Shown: piece by piece, positions 1 through 9,138 of the stretch
Position numbering within the stretch: the stretch's first letter is position 1
Layout of the letters: each line of letters begins with the position of its first letter
NCBI GenBank assembly: GCA_044225365.1
Contig: JBGAIQ010000048.1
Span: forward strand, 1 to 41,630
DNA length: 41,630 nt
DNA from: Planctomycetota bacterium
GTDB taxonomy: Bacteria; Planctomycetota; B15-G4; JADJEK01
Direction: 5' to 3'
The notes under the pieces: generated by a model
What the model saw: the letters and a program-made list of their open reading frames with translations, nothing else
The model's database searches: none
What the model was told of the DNA's origin: nothing
Position numbers and translations under genes: made by a program

Positions 1-197
1 TGATGCACTACTGGCCGATGCCCGAGGATCCGACGAAGCTCGAGCTCATCGGGCAGATCCTGCGGCGCGGCTCCGCCGTGGTCGTCGCGTATCCGCTGAT
101 CCTCCTCGTCACGGGATTCCTCACCGCGCGGGAACGCGAGCTGATCGGAGATGCGTGGGGGCGTTTGCTGCACGGGCGACGCAAGACGCAGGGGTGA
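1..197 (+). CDS. C-terminal fragment of a membrane protein, possibly a Wzx/MOP-type flippase; 5' end lies outside the window
   Basis: The open frame runs from the window edge to TGA at 195-197. A hydrophobic helix (AVVVVAYPLILLVTGFL) is followed by a charged tail (TAREREL...), as often seen at the end of polysaccharide flippases. Confidence 0.35.
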   Translation, partial: MHYWPMPEDPTKLELIGQILRRGSAVVVAYPLILLVTGFLTARERELIGDAWGRLLHGRRKTQG

Positions 198-324
198 CGC
201 GTTCCTGATCGCGTTGTCATGCCGAAGTTCGGATCTGCGGTGAAATGACCGCAGGCACGGCGCGTGCACTCGATCTCTCGACGGGGCGCGATTCCAGTCG
301 CCCCGAGTCGAGAGGAGTTTGGTC

Positions 325-1938
325 ATGTCGTTCCCACGAAGCGTCCTGTCGGTCGCAATTCCCGCGCTCGCCCTGTCGGCCGCGGCGCTTGGTCAGTCGA
401 GCCTCGGGACGGTGCAGTTTCCGGGTTCGAGCGTGGCGGGCGTCGGCGACGTCAACGGCGACGGCTACGACGATTTCGTCGCGGGCGAGCCGCACGCATT
501 CACGTTCTTCAACGGCCGAGCGGTCGTGTTCAGCGGCAAGGATCATTCGATCCTCTATCAGTTCGTCGGCGGAGCGCGCGATCTGCTCGGGACGTCGGTC
601 GCGGGCCCGGGTGATCTCGACGGGGACGGGGTGCCCGACATCGCGGTTGGCGCGGTGCAGTACTACTCCGACTTCACGCAGGCCAAGGGCTACATCCGGC
701 TCTACTCGGGGAAGACCGGCGCACCGATCTGGACCGCGAGCGGCCTCGGTGCGAAGGAGTACCTGGGAACGTCTCTCGCAGTCGTGGGAGATATCGACCA
801 CGACGGGAAGACCGACCTCCTCGCCGGTTCGAACTTCCATCTGGTGCGTGTCATCTCCGGAGCGACCGGCACGATCCTGTCGACGATCTCGTATTCGGTG
901 TTCTCGTTCGGTTGGAGCGTCGCCGCGGCGGGCGACGTGAACCAGGACGGGACGCCGGACTTCCTGGTCGGCGCACCGACGACGACGGGCGGCATCGTGA
1001 CGCTCTACTCGGGCGCGACGTCGCAACCGTTGCGCATGTGGCTCGGGACCAACGGCAACGAGCAGATCGGCTACGGCCTCGCGGGCGGAGTCGATTGGAG
1101 CGGCGATGGTGTACCGGACATCGTGCTCGGCGCGCCGGGCTCCGATGTCGCGGGCCCGCACTTCGGAGCGGTGATCGTCCGCTCCGGCGCCGACGACTCG
1201 ATCGTTCGGACCTACCTCGGAAGCGCGACCAACACCCAGTTCGGTTATCGCGTCGCGGTCATCGGCGACGTCGACGAGGACGGGTCGATCGACCTGCTCG
1301 CGAGCGAGATGAACGCATCGAGCGCGACCGGTTTCGGCGCGGCGCATGTACTGTCCGGCGCGAGCGCGCAGCGCATCTGCTCGGTGGAAGGGCCGCTCGG
1401 CACGCCGGCGAACAGCTTCGGCGCGGCGATCGCGGCGGGCGGCGATCTGAACAACGATGGAGTCGACGACATCATCGTTTCGTCCTACGTCACGCAGCCC
1501 GGCGGTGCGATCTACCTGGTGTCGCCGATCGTCGTGGGTGCGACCCCGTACGGAACGGGCAAGGCCGGCTGCGACGGCGTCGAGACGATGCTCGGCAATT
1601 CGGTGCCGCACGTCGGGAACGCGGCCTTCGCCGTGAACTGCGGCGACACGCCGATGAACGGCGCGGGCTTCCTGCTGATCTCCGCGACGCAGGATCTCGC
1701 GGGAACTCCCGCGCTAGGGATCGTGCTCCACGTCGGTCTCGGCGGCGCGATCCTCGCGCTGCCGGTCACCAGCAACGCAACGGGTCACGCCGTGATGCCG
1801 CTCCCGATCCCCGCCGACGCATCGCTCGCGGGTCTCTCGGCGTACCTGCAGACGATCTGGGCCTGGTCACCGAGCGTCTGTTCGCCGTCGTCGACCGGTC
1901 TCTCGTCCTCACGAGGACTCGCGCTCACGATCCAGTGA
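325..1938 (+). CDS. Secreted FG-GAP repeat (integrin-alpha beta-propeller-like) protein with an unnamed C-terminal domain
   Basis: GAGGAG RBS precedes ATG 325 and the signal peptide is MSFPRSVLSVAIPALALSAAALG. About seven FG-GAP repeats follow: GDVNGDGYDD, GDLDGDGVPD, GDIDHDGKTD, GDVNQDGTPD, DWSGDGVPD, GDVDEDGSID, GDLNNDGVDD. Confidence 0.9.
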   Translation: MSFPRSVLSVAIPALALSAAALGQSSLGTVQFPGSSVAGVGDVNGDGYDDFVAGEPHAFTFFNGRAVVFSGKDHSILYQFVGGARDLLGTSVAGPGDLDGDGVPDIAVGAVQYYSDFTQAKGYIRLYSGKTGAPIWTASGLGAKEYLGTSLAVVGDIDHDGKTDLLAGSNFHLVRVISGATGTILSTISYSVFSFGWSVAAAGDVNQDGTPDFLVGAPTTTGGIVTLYSGATSQPLRMWLGTNGNEQIGYGLAGGVDWSGDGVPDIVLGAPGSDVAGPHFGAVIVRSGADDSIVRTYLGSATNTQFGYRVAVIGDVDEDGSIDLLASEMNASSATGFGAAHVLSGASAQRICSVEGPLGTPANSFGAAIAAGGDLNNDGVDDIIVSSYVTQPGGAIYLVSPIVVGATPYGTGKAGCDGVETMLGNSVPHVGNAAFAVNCGDTPMNGAGFLLISATQDLAGTPALGIVLHVGLGGAILALPVTSNATGHAVMPLPIPADASLAGLSAYLQTIWAWSPSVCSPSSTGLSSSRGLALTIQ

Positions 1939-2643
1939 ACGCTTCCTCGCCAGGAAACCGAGCAACGCGAGCCACAGACTTCCGATCACGGCGATCACCA
2001 CGAGGCGAAGCGGCCATGGCGGCAGGGCGTCGAGCGGGGTGGGATTCTCCGGCGTCTCCCGCCCCGTGAAGAAGTACGACGTTCCGAGCTTCATGTTGAC
2101 GAGCGTGATCGGAACGAGCAGGAGCAGCGTGAGGCCGATCACCTTGAAGGTCGATCGGAGGTTCGTGCGGAATCCGAAGGCGAGGAGATCGACGAGAGCG
2201 CACGCGGGGATCAGGAAATGGCGGAGCCAGAACGCGTAGAAGTCGATGTCGTCGGGTCCGTCCGTGAGGACGGGGAAGATGACGCCGAGCGGCGCGAGCC
2301 CGATCCCGAAGAGGTAGGCGAACGTGCGGTCGAGGCGTTCTCCATCGCGGCGATCCGTCCCGTGGAGGATCGCGCTCGCGCCGAACATCCAGGCGAAGTC
2401 GCAGGCGTGCAAGGGCAGCGAAGCGTCGATGTCGAAGTACGACGGCGTGAAGCGATACAGCGTCCAGAGCGCGTTGAAGGCGATCGTCGCGAAGGCCAGG
2501 CCGCGCCGGAACGGCGTCTCGCGTGTGGAGCCGCGAACGGTGATTCCGCGCGATACGAGCGCGATCCAACCGATCGCGCAGGCGGAGAGGCAGCCGAAGT
2601 GGAGCAGTGTGAATGGCGCGAAGGTCGACGGAAAGAAGCTCAA
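1909..2643 (-). CDS. YwaF / TIGR02206-family integral membrane protein
   Basis: This is the hydrophobic 3' part of ORF 1909..3555, with family-like motifs SLPLHACD, FWLRH, NMKLGTSYFF and LDALPPWP. A TTG start at 2643 overlaps the upstream TGA (TTGA coupling). Confidence 0.8.
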   Translation of the reverse strand: MSFFPSTFAPFTLLHFGCLSACAIGWIALVSRGITVRGSTRETPFRRGLAFATIAFNALWTLYRFTPSYFDIDASLPLHACDFAWMFGASAILHGTDRRDGERLDRTFAYLFGIGLAPLGVIFPVLTDGPDDIDFYAFWLRHFLIPACALVDLLAFGFRTNLRSTFKVIGLTLLLLVPITLVNMKLGTSYFFTGRETPENPTPLDALPPWPLRLVVIAVIGSLWLALLGFLARKRSLDRERESS

Positions 2644-3440
2644 TCGAAGAGCCTGCCGCGGGAGTCGTGGGTGTCGTCGTCGGAATCGGTGCGGGCGGCG
2701 CGGGTCTCGACGAGTGCGAGCTTGAACCGCGCGTCGTACCCGTCGGAGCAGCGACCGCAGCTCGCCATTCGGAGCGGCTTCTGGCGGGGATACAGCTTGG
2801 CGCAGACCGGGCACTGGTAGACGTACCGCGCAGGCGGCGGGGCCTTGTCGCGGGCGTGGAGTCGCAGCGCCGCGACTTCGAGGTGGCGCTCGTCGAAGCA
2901 CATCGAGTCGAGTGAATTGGATGCGATCGACGTGCGGTAGGGGCGAGGGAATGGACGGAATCGCCGGTAGTAGACGACGTCGCCGACGTTCGCGAAATGG
3001 GGGACGGCGATCCCGTCCTTCAGCGCTCGACGCGCGATGGAGTTGACCTTGGCGTCGTAGCGCGGGCCGTGACGGCGCGCCGAACCGATGCCGCTGAACG
3101 ACTCGTCGATGTGCAGCAACTCGTGCACGATGTCCTCCGCCTGCTCCTCGGGGGAGAGGAAGAGGAATCGAGGGAACACGAAACTGATGATGTACCGCAT
3201 GTCCTTGCCGTCGATGCGGACTTCGGGCAGGCGCCAGCGTCCATCGCGCGACACCCGATCGCGGGTCTCGCGAAATCGCGTGAAATGGCATTCGGCGCGC
3301 TTGCCCGTCGGGCCGCTGCGTCCACGCTGCGCCGTGACGACGATGAGCGACGGATCGATGTAGCTCGCGAACGGCGCTGCCGAGGCGAACCGCGTGACGG
3401 CTTCTTTCAGACGATCGGTGACGATGGGAATCGAAGGCAT
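2640..3440 (-). CDS. Putative zinc metallopeptidase (HExxH) with a C-terminal SprT-like zinc ribbon
   Basis: Contains FPRFLFLSPEEQAEDIVHELLHID, a possible third ligand in RRHG, and the C-terminal YQCPVC...SCGRC. GGAG lies near the ATG only on the opposite sense, so the start is taken from the ORF track. Confidence 0.75.
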   Translation of the reverse strand: MPSIPIVTDRLKEAVTRFASAAPFASYIDPSLIVVTAQRGRSGPTGKRAECHFTRFRETRDRVSRDGRWRLPEVRIDGKDMRYIISFVFPRFLFLSPEEQAEDIVHELLHIDESFSGIGSARRHGPRYDAKVNSIARRALKDGIAVPHFANVGDVVYYRRFRPFPRPYRTSIASNSLDSMCFDERHLEVAALRLHARDKAPPPARYVYQCPVCAKLYPRQKPLRMASCGRCSDGYDARFKLALVETRAARTDSDDDTHDSRGRLFD

Positions 3441-3518
3441 GGGAGTCTTGCGGGTTCGCTATCCTGCGCCCCCATTGTTGCAGGTGTTGCAGGCTGGCAG
3501 CGATTTGGAAATCCTGAG

Positions 3519-4682
3519 ATGTTCGATGTAGCACGACGCGCGGTTCGCGCAGCATTCTTCCTCACGATCGCGTCTCTCGCCGCGTGCGATTCGCCGTACC
3601 ACGGCACCGACCTCTTCCCGCTGTATCGCGACACTGGCGATGCCAAGGCCGGCGAGTTCTTCCAGCCGCTGCCGCCGTACTGGCACTCCTGGTCCGACGA
3701 CGGCAAGGAGAGCTTGTCGTGGTCGTTCCCATTCCACTTGCATCGCCAGAAGGGCGAGTTCGACGAACTCACGCTCGTTCCGCTGATCCCGATCTACTTC
3801 CATCAGAAGACGTTCGACAGCGAAACGAAGTCGATCTTCCCGATCTGGCAGCAGGACTCGATGGGCGTTCGCGAGACGACGAAGCTGTTGCTCTTCGTCG
3901 TCGGTTGGACGGCGAACTCCGATGAGCCGGGATTGCAGGGACTCACGGTGTGTCCATTCTTCTCGTGGATGAACAACCCATCCGGACGATCCTGGGACGC
4001 GGTGACGACGGGCGACTTCTTCACGGGCAAGCCCGGCGCGGGCGCCTTGTTCTCGCTCCTCGCCGTCGATCACAGTCGCCCGTACATCGGTGAGAAGGAC
4101 GCCGAAGGCACGGACATCGATGTCTTCAACGTGCTCGGCGGATTCGTGCAGCTCTTCCATACCGGCGATAGCGGATCGCACGACGAGACGCGTTTCCTTT
4201 CGCTCTTCGGCAGCGAGCCGTTGTCGCTCGTTCGGCATCGCAGTCCGCATCCTGGCGGATACGGCAAGGACAACTCGGTCACGACGGTCTTCCCGTTCTA
4301 CTTCGACATCCAGGACTCCGATGGCGGATTGTTCGAGATCTGGCCGATCTACGGCAAACGGACGCGCGGCGAGACCGTGACCGATCGCCACTTCGTGTGG
4401 CCGTTGCTCACGACGTCCAACGACGACGTCGAACATCGTCACGGGTTCTCGTGCCTCCTCGGACTCTTCGGTTCGCTCGAGGAGAACGAGATCGCGAATC
4501 GCTGGCTGTTCCCGCTCTTCTTCGTCAAGACGAGCGATCGCGGACACGATTGGCGAATCCTGTACGGCTTCCTCGGACATGCCGCGAACGAGAGCAAGCG
4601 CGTGACGTACGTGCTCTGGATCCCGTTCGAATCCGATGATTCGGCGAAGGACGATGCAGCGGCGAAGAGCGAGGCGAAGTAG
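3519..4682 (+). CDS. Uncharacterised lipoprotein with aromatic/Pro-rich short repeats
   Basis: ATG 3519 gives MFDVARRAVRAAFFLTIASLAAC, a basic n-region plus lipobox LAAC. FPLY/FPFH/FPIW/CPFF/FPFY/WPIY/WPLL/FPLF motifs recur along the protein. Confidence 0.75.
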   Translation: MFDVARRAVRAAFFLTIASLAACDSPYHGTDLFPLYRDTGDAKAGEFFQPLPPYWHSWSDDGKESLSWSFPFHLHRQKGEFDELTLVPLIPIYFHQKTFDSETKSIFPIWQQDSMGVRETTKLLLFVVGWTANSDEPGLQGLTVCPFFSWMNNPSGRSWDAVTTGDFFTGKPGAGALFSLLAVDHSRPYIGEKDAEGTDIDVFNVLGGFVQLFHTGDSGSHDETRFLSLFGSEPLSLVRHRSPHPGGYGKDNSVTTVFPFYFDIQDSDGGLFEIWPIYGKRTRGETVTDRHFVWPLLTTSNDDVEHRHGFSCLLGLFGSLEENEIANRWLFPLFFVKTSDRGHDWRILYGFLGHAANESKRVTYVLWIPFESDDSAKDDAAAKSEAK

Positions 4683-4774
4683 AGAGCATCGCCATTCGCG
4701 AGTGTCGCGATATCCTGAGCGCCCGATCCCGGTCCGCTCGAGGCCCCTCCAACTCCAATCCATGTGAGGTCGAG

Positions 4775-5917
4775 ATGACGAATTCCGTGAATCCGATCGA
4801 TCCGGTGACGCGCCGCGGCTTCCTTTCGGGGGTCGCAGGGGTCTCGGCGGGTGCGCTGGCGCTGCCCGTATTCGCGGCGGCGGATGCGAACGTCGTCGAA
4901 TCGGGCAAGGGCGTCGGGGGCGGCAAGGCGAAGGGCCACGTCGTGATCTGCTCGGCGAACGGTTATTACGATCCGACGAAATCGCCGGGCCGGGCGTCGG
5001 CATTGCCGATGGCGCTGTCGCGGATCACGGATCCTGCGATCGCGGCGCGCAAGTACGGACTCCTCGAGGCGCTCGTGGCGGGCGTCGGGGTGACGGAGGA
5101 CGATCCGGAGGATACGAGTGTCGGGCTCGGCGGACTGCCGAACGAGGACGGCGTCGTTCAGCTCGATTCGTCGTGCATGTTCGGGCCGACGCATCAGGCG
5201 GGCTCGGTGGGGGCGATCGAGAACATCCAGAACCCGGCGCGCGTCGCGCTCGATGTACTGAAATACACCGATCACGTGATGCTCGTCGGGGCCGGCGCTT
5301 ACAAGTTCGCGCGCGCGATGGGGCTGCCCCATGCTGAGTTGCTCACCGAGAAGTCGCGTCAGGCGTGGTTGTATTGGAAGCAGAGTCGGGTCGCGGACGA
5401 CAATTGGAAGACGCCGCCGGACGAGGACGTCGCGGAGGAGATCCGCAAGATGTTCACACACGGCACGATTCACATGTCCGGAGTCGATGCGAAGGGCGAC
5501 CTCGCTGCGGTCACGACGACGAGTGGATTGGCGTGGAAGATCGCGGGACGCCTTGGTGATTCGCCGATCGTCGGGGCCGGCATGTTCTGCGACAACGAGG
5601 TCGGCGCCGCCGGCGGCACGGGCCGCGGCGAAGAGATGATCGTCACCTGCGGCGCGTACACCATCGTGGAGTCGATGCGGGCGGGGAAGGAGCCGCAAGA
5701 GGCCTGCCTCGAACTCCTGAAGCGGGTGGCTGCGAATGCCAAGAAGCGCGGCCTCATGAAGGAGGGCAAGCCGACCTTCGACCTCACGGTCTACGCGCTT
5801 CGCAAGGACGGCGCGTACGGTTCGGCATCCTTCTTCGAAGGCAAGGAGTTCGCGGTCGGCGACGGCGTCTCGGGCCCTCGCCACGAGAAGTGCGCCTGGC
5901 TCTACGACAAATCGTGA
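4775..5917 (+). CDS. Tat-exported N(4)-(beta-N-acetylglucosaminyl)-L-asparaginase / asparaginase type 2 (Ntn hydrolase)
   Basis: Twin-arginine TRRGFL; family motifs SVGLGGLPNEDGVVQLDSSCM, HGTI (autocleavage Thr), TTTSGLAWKIAGRLGDSPIVGAG and GGTGRGE. Confidence 0.9.
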   Translation: MTNSVNPIDPVTRRGFLSGVAGVSAGALALPVFAAADANVVESGKGVGGGKAKGHVVICSANGYYDPTKSPGRASALPMALSRITDPAIAARKYGLLEALVAGVGVTEDDPEDTSVGLGGLPNEDGVVQLDSSCMFGPTHQAGSVGAIENIQNPARVALDVLKYTDHVMLVGAGAYKFARAMGLPHAELLTEKSRQAWLYWKQSRVADDNWKTPPDEDVAEEIRKMFTHGTIHMSGVDAKGDLAAVTTTSGLAWKIAGRLGDSPIVGAGMFCDNEVGAAGGTGRGEEMIVTCGAYTIVESMRAGKEPQEACLELLKRVAANAKKRGLMKEGKPTFDLTVYALRKDGAYGSASFFEGKEFAVGDGVSGPRHEKCAWLYDKS

Positions 5918-5927
5918 TGGCGATCTG

Positions 5928-6264
5928 AAGCGGCGGCGGCGGACGCGGTCCGTAACCGCCGAAAGCGGCGGCGGCGGCTGCGATCCGTAACCGCCGTGGC
6001 GGCGGCGGCTGCGATCCGTAACCGCCGTGGCGGCGGCGGCTGCGATCCGTGACCGCCGAAAGCGGCGGCGGCGGCTGCGATCCGTGACCGCCGAAAGCGG
6101 CGGCGGCGGCTGCGATCCGTGACCGCCGAAAGCGGCGGAGGCGGCTGCGATCCGTAACCGCCGAAAACGGCGGAGGCGGCTGCGATCCGTAACCGCCGGA
6201 ATCGGCGGCGGCGGCTGCGATCCGTAACCGCCGTGGCGGCGGCGGACGCGGTGCGTGACCGCCG
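5928..6264. repeat. Intergenic tandem array of 10 palindromic 31/35-bp units
   Basis: Consensus is (AAAGC|T)GGCGGCGGCGGCTGCGATCCGT(A/G)ACCGCCG. Units end at 5961, 5996, 6027, 6058, 6093, 6128, 6163, 6198, 6233 and 6264, with no unique spacers. Confidence 0.95.
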
Positions 6265-6316
6265 GTTTGCTCCAGAACGAAGACGACTTCGGGGGCGTGG
6301 CGGTACACTCGATGGG

Positions 6317-7801
6317 ATGTCTCGACGCTCGATCGCCGCCGTCGCCGTGCTCGCCTTCGCCGGCATCGCAATCCTCTTGTTCCAGCACGCGCCGTCGCGG
6401 ACCGGACTGCGCGTGGTCGTCGTGGGAATCGATGGCGCGAGCCACAAGATCCTGTTCCCCATGATGAAGGACGGGAGACTGCCGAATCTCGGTGCGTTCC
6501 TTGGCAAGGCCGGCGGCGGCCTGCTCGATTCGCCGATCGACAAGTACGAGTCCGCCGCGCTGTGGACCAGCATCGTCACCGGCGTCGATCCCAAGAAGCA
6601 CGGGATCACCGACTTCGTCCTGCCGCCCGAGGACAAGAACGGTCCGCTCCTCGACCGGCCGAAGATCGCGGCGAGCTCGGGGCACCGCAGGACGAAGGCG
6701 CTGTGGAACCTCCTCGACGATGCCGGCTTGCGCAGCACGATCGTGGGCCTCTGGGCGACGTGGCCCGCCGAGCCGATCGACGGAATCATGGTCACGGATC
6801 GCGTCACGTACTCGCGCCTCCGGCTCTCGAAGACGTTCAAGGAGAAGGGCGGCGGCGAGGTCGCGTTCCAGTACGACTCGTCGCGCGGCAATTACTGGCC
6901 GCGCGATTTTGGCCGCGCGGTCGATCGCCTTGGGCTCGTGCGATTGCCGGACGACGTCGAACCCGCGCTCCTCAAGCGATTCGCCCCCTTCACCGACGCC
7001 GAGGTCGCCGCGATCAAGAGCGGGCGCTTCGAGGGCAGCTTCAACGAGGCGACGGACTCGCTCCAAGAACTGAAGCTCGCCCTCCAGAGCGATCGCAGCT
7101 ACGTCGACATCACGCACGCCGCGTCGCGGTTCTATCCGACCGACCTCACGTTCCTCTACCTCGAGGGCGTCGACGTGATGGAGCACAAGTTCTTCCAGTA
7201 CCACGCGGGACTGAAAAGCGCCGAGCCCGAGCTGCGCGGCAAGTACTCGGACGTCCTCCGCACCTACTACGAGGCCACGGATCGATGGATCGGCGACTTC
7301 CTCGCGCTCGCCTCGAAGAATACGGTCGTGATCGTGGTCTCCGATCACGGCTACGACGCCGCGCCGCCCGCGAAGCCCGGCGAGAAGCAGGAACACGAGC
7401 ACTGGCACGATCGCAATTCCGTCTTCTTCGCGCGCGGTGGCCCGATCAAGGAAGGTGCGACGCTGAATCCGGGCCGCACGCTCGTCGACGTGACGCCGAC
7501 GATCCTCGCGCTGCTCGGTCAGGACGTCGCGACGGACCTCGACGGCCACGTGATGACCGAGCTCTTCGACGAGAACTTCCTGAAACAGCATCCGGTGCGC
7601 TCGATCGATTCGTACGGGCCGAGAATCCGTGACTGGTACCCGACGAGCGGCAGCGACGACGACCAGGCTCTCGTCGATCGCTTGAAGCAGCTGGGATACA
7701 TGGGCGGTCCCGAGGAGCAGCGACGGCCGGCGCGCAAACCCGACGACGCCAAGCGCGACCCCGCCAGAGGCTCGAACGGCGAAGGAAAGAACGATGGCTG
7801 A
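6317..7801 (+). CDS. Alkaline phosphatase superfamily protein (type I phosphodiesterase/nucleotide pyrophosphatase-like), exported or membrane-anchored
   Basis: N-terminal signal/anchor; motifs VVVVGIDGAS, SAALWTSIVTGVDPKKHGI, GVDVMEH, VIVVSDHG, DVTPTILALLG and C-terminal RLKQLGY. Confidence 0.85.
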   Translation: MSRRSIAAVAVLAFAGIAILLFQHAPSRTGLRVVVVGIDGASHKILFPMMKDGRLPNLGAFLGKAGGGLLDSPIDKYESAALWTSIVTGVDPKKHGITDFVLPPEDKNGPLLDRPKIAASSGHRRTKALWNLLDDAGLRSTIVGLWATWPAEPIDGIMVTDRVTYSRLRLSKTFKEKGGGEVAFQYDSSRGNYWPRDFGRAVDRLGLVRLPDDVEPALLKRFAPFTDAEVAAIKSGRFEGSFNEATDSLQELKLALQSDRSYVDITHAASRFYPTDLTFLYLEGVDVMEHKFFQYHAGLKSAEPELRGKYSDVLRTYYEATDRWIGDFLALASKNTVVIVVSDHGYDAAPPAKPGEKQEHEHWHDRNSVFFARGGPIKEGATLNPGRTLVDVTPTILALLGQDVATDLDGHVMTELFDENFLKQHPVRSIDSYGPRIRDWYPTSGSDDDQALVDRLKQLGYMGGPEEQRRPARKPDDAKRDPARGSNGEGKNDG

Positions 7802-9134
7802 CGGTGACCTCCTCGTACGTGGCGGCACGGTGATCCTCCCGACCGGCCCGCTCGCTGCCGACGTGTGGATCGACCAGGGCAAGGTCGCGCGCCTCGCGCC
7901 GTCCTCCGCCGTCGCGGCCGCTCCTCCCGCTGGGCGCGAAACGATCGACGCCACGGGCAAGCTCGTCTTCCCCGGCCTCATCGACCCGCAGGTCCACTTC
8001 CGCGAGCCGGGCCTCGAGCACAAGGAAGACCTCGGCTCGGGCTCCCTCGCCGCCATCGCGGGCGGCGTGACGAGCTTCATGGAGATGCCGAACACCAAAC
8101 CCGCGACGACCGATCCGTCGCGCCTCGAGGACAAGCTCGCCCGCGCCGCGCAGAAAGCGCATTGCGATCACGCGTTCTTCCTCGGCGCCACGGCGGAGAA
8201 CGCGGATCGGCTCGGCGACTGGGAGCAGCTCCCGGGCTGCTCCGGCGTCAAGATCTTCATGGGCAGCTCGACCGGCGACCTGCTCGTGCCCGACGATCCG
8301 ACGCTCGAGCGCGTGCTGCGTAGCGGCAAGCGCCGCGTCGCGGTGCACTCGGAGGACGAGCCGCGGCTGAAGGCACGCTACGCCGAGCTCGCGAAGGGCG
8401 CGAGCGTCGTGCAGCATCCGTCGATCCGCGACGTCGAGTGCGCGCTCCGCGCCACGCAACGCCTGCTCGCGCTTGCCACGAAGACGAATCGCAAGATCCA
8501 CGTGCTCCACCTCTCGACGGCGGAGGAGATCGAGCTGATCCGGAGCGGGAATCACGGCGACCTCGTCACCTGCGAAGTCACTCCGAACCACCTCTTCCTC
8601 GAAGCCCCCGATTGCTACGAGCGATGGGGTCGGCTCGCGCAGATGAACCCGCCCGTGCGCGACGCGCGGCACAAGCACGTCCTGCGCGCCGCGCTCGCGA
8701 ACGCCGACATCGCCTGCATCGGCAGCGACCACGCCCCGCACTCACTCGCTGAGAAGGCGAAGCCATACCCCGAGAGCCCCTCCGGCATCCCCGGAGTGCA
8801 GACGATCCTGCCGCTCCTGCTCACAGCCGTGCGCGAGAAGTGGCTGCGTCTCGAGGACATCCCGCGCATCTGCACGCTGGGACCGATTCGCACCTTCGGC
8901 CTCGCGACGAAGGGCGCGCTCGAGGTCGGCAAGGACGGCGACCTCGTCATCGTCGATCCGACGATCGTTCGTCCGTTGCCGCTCGAATGGCTGAAGAGCC
9001 GCGCCGGATACAGTCCCTACGTCGGCATGGAACTCGCCGGCTGGCCGATCCTCACGGTGCTGCGGGGTCGAATCGCCTATCGCGACGGCGTCGCGTCGCC
9101 TCCCGCGGGTCGCCCGCTGGAGTTCACGAAGTAG
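7794..9134 (+). CDS. pyrC: Dihydroorotase (amidohydrolase superfamily)
   Basis: Motifs PGLIDPQVHFREPG, GGVTSFMEMPNT, KIFMGSSTG, VHSED, HVLHLST, CEVTPNHL, MNPPVR and IGSDHAPH. Confidence 0.88.
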   Translation: MADGDLLVRGGTVILPTGPLAADVWIDQGKVARLAPSSAVAAAPPAGRETIDATGKLVFPGLIDPQVHFREPGLEHKEDLGSGSLAAIAGGVTSFMEMPNTKPATTDPSRLEDKLARAAQKAHCDHAFFLGATAENADRLGDWEQLPGCSGVKIFMGSSTGDLLVPDDPTLERVLRSGKRRVAVHSEDEPRLKARYAELAKGASVVQHPSIRDVECALRATQRLLALATKTNRKIHVLHLSTAEEIELIRSGNHGDLVTCEVTPNHLFLEAPDCYERWGRLAQMNPPVRDARHKHVLRAALANADIACIGSDHAPHSLAEKAKPYPESPSGIPGVQTILPLLLTAVREKWLRLEDIPRICTLGPIRTFGLATKGALEVGKDGDLVIVDPTIVRPLPLEWLKSRAGYSPYVGMELAGWPILTVLRGRIAYRDGVASPPAGRPLEFTK

Positions 9135-9138
9135 TTCG

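Noticed and set aside
5455-5475. Glycosylasparaginase cleavage site G-T rather than D-T
   Set aside because: G-T junctions are common in type 2 asparaginases and the nucleophilic Thr is intact.
5928-6264. CRISPR array interpretation of the tandem repeat
   Set aside because: The units abut with only 1-4 variable bases, there are no unique spacers, and no cas genes or AT-rich leader are present in the window.
4439-8134. 1231-aa minus-strand ORF, and ORFs 5784..6371 and 5902..6891, with repetitive peptide
   Set aside because: These are antisense shadows of well-supported plus-strand genes in high-GC DNA. The peptide repeats merely translate the non-triplet DNA array.
7794-9134. Dihydroorotase with Q in place of the first His of the HxH motif (DPQVH), a possible inactive enzyme
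   Set aside because: The DxQVHFREPG variant is, to my knowledge, common in a bacterial dihydroorotase subgroup, and the other metal and catalytic residues are present.
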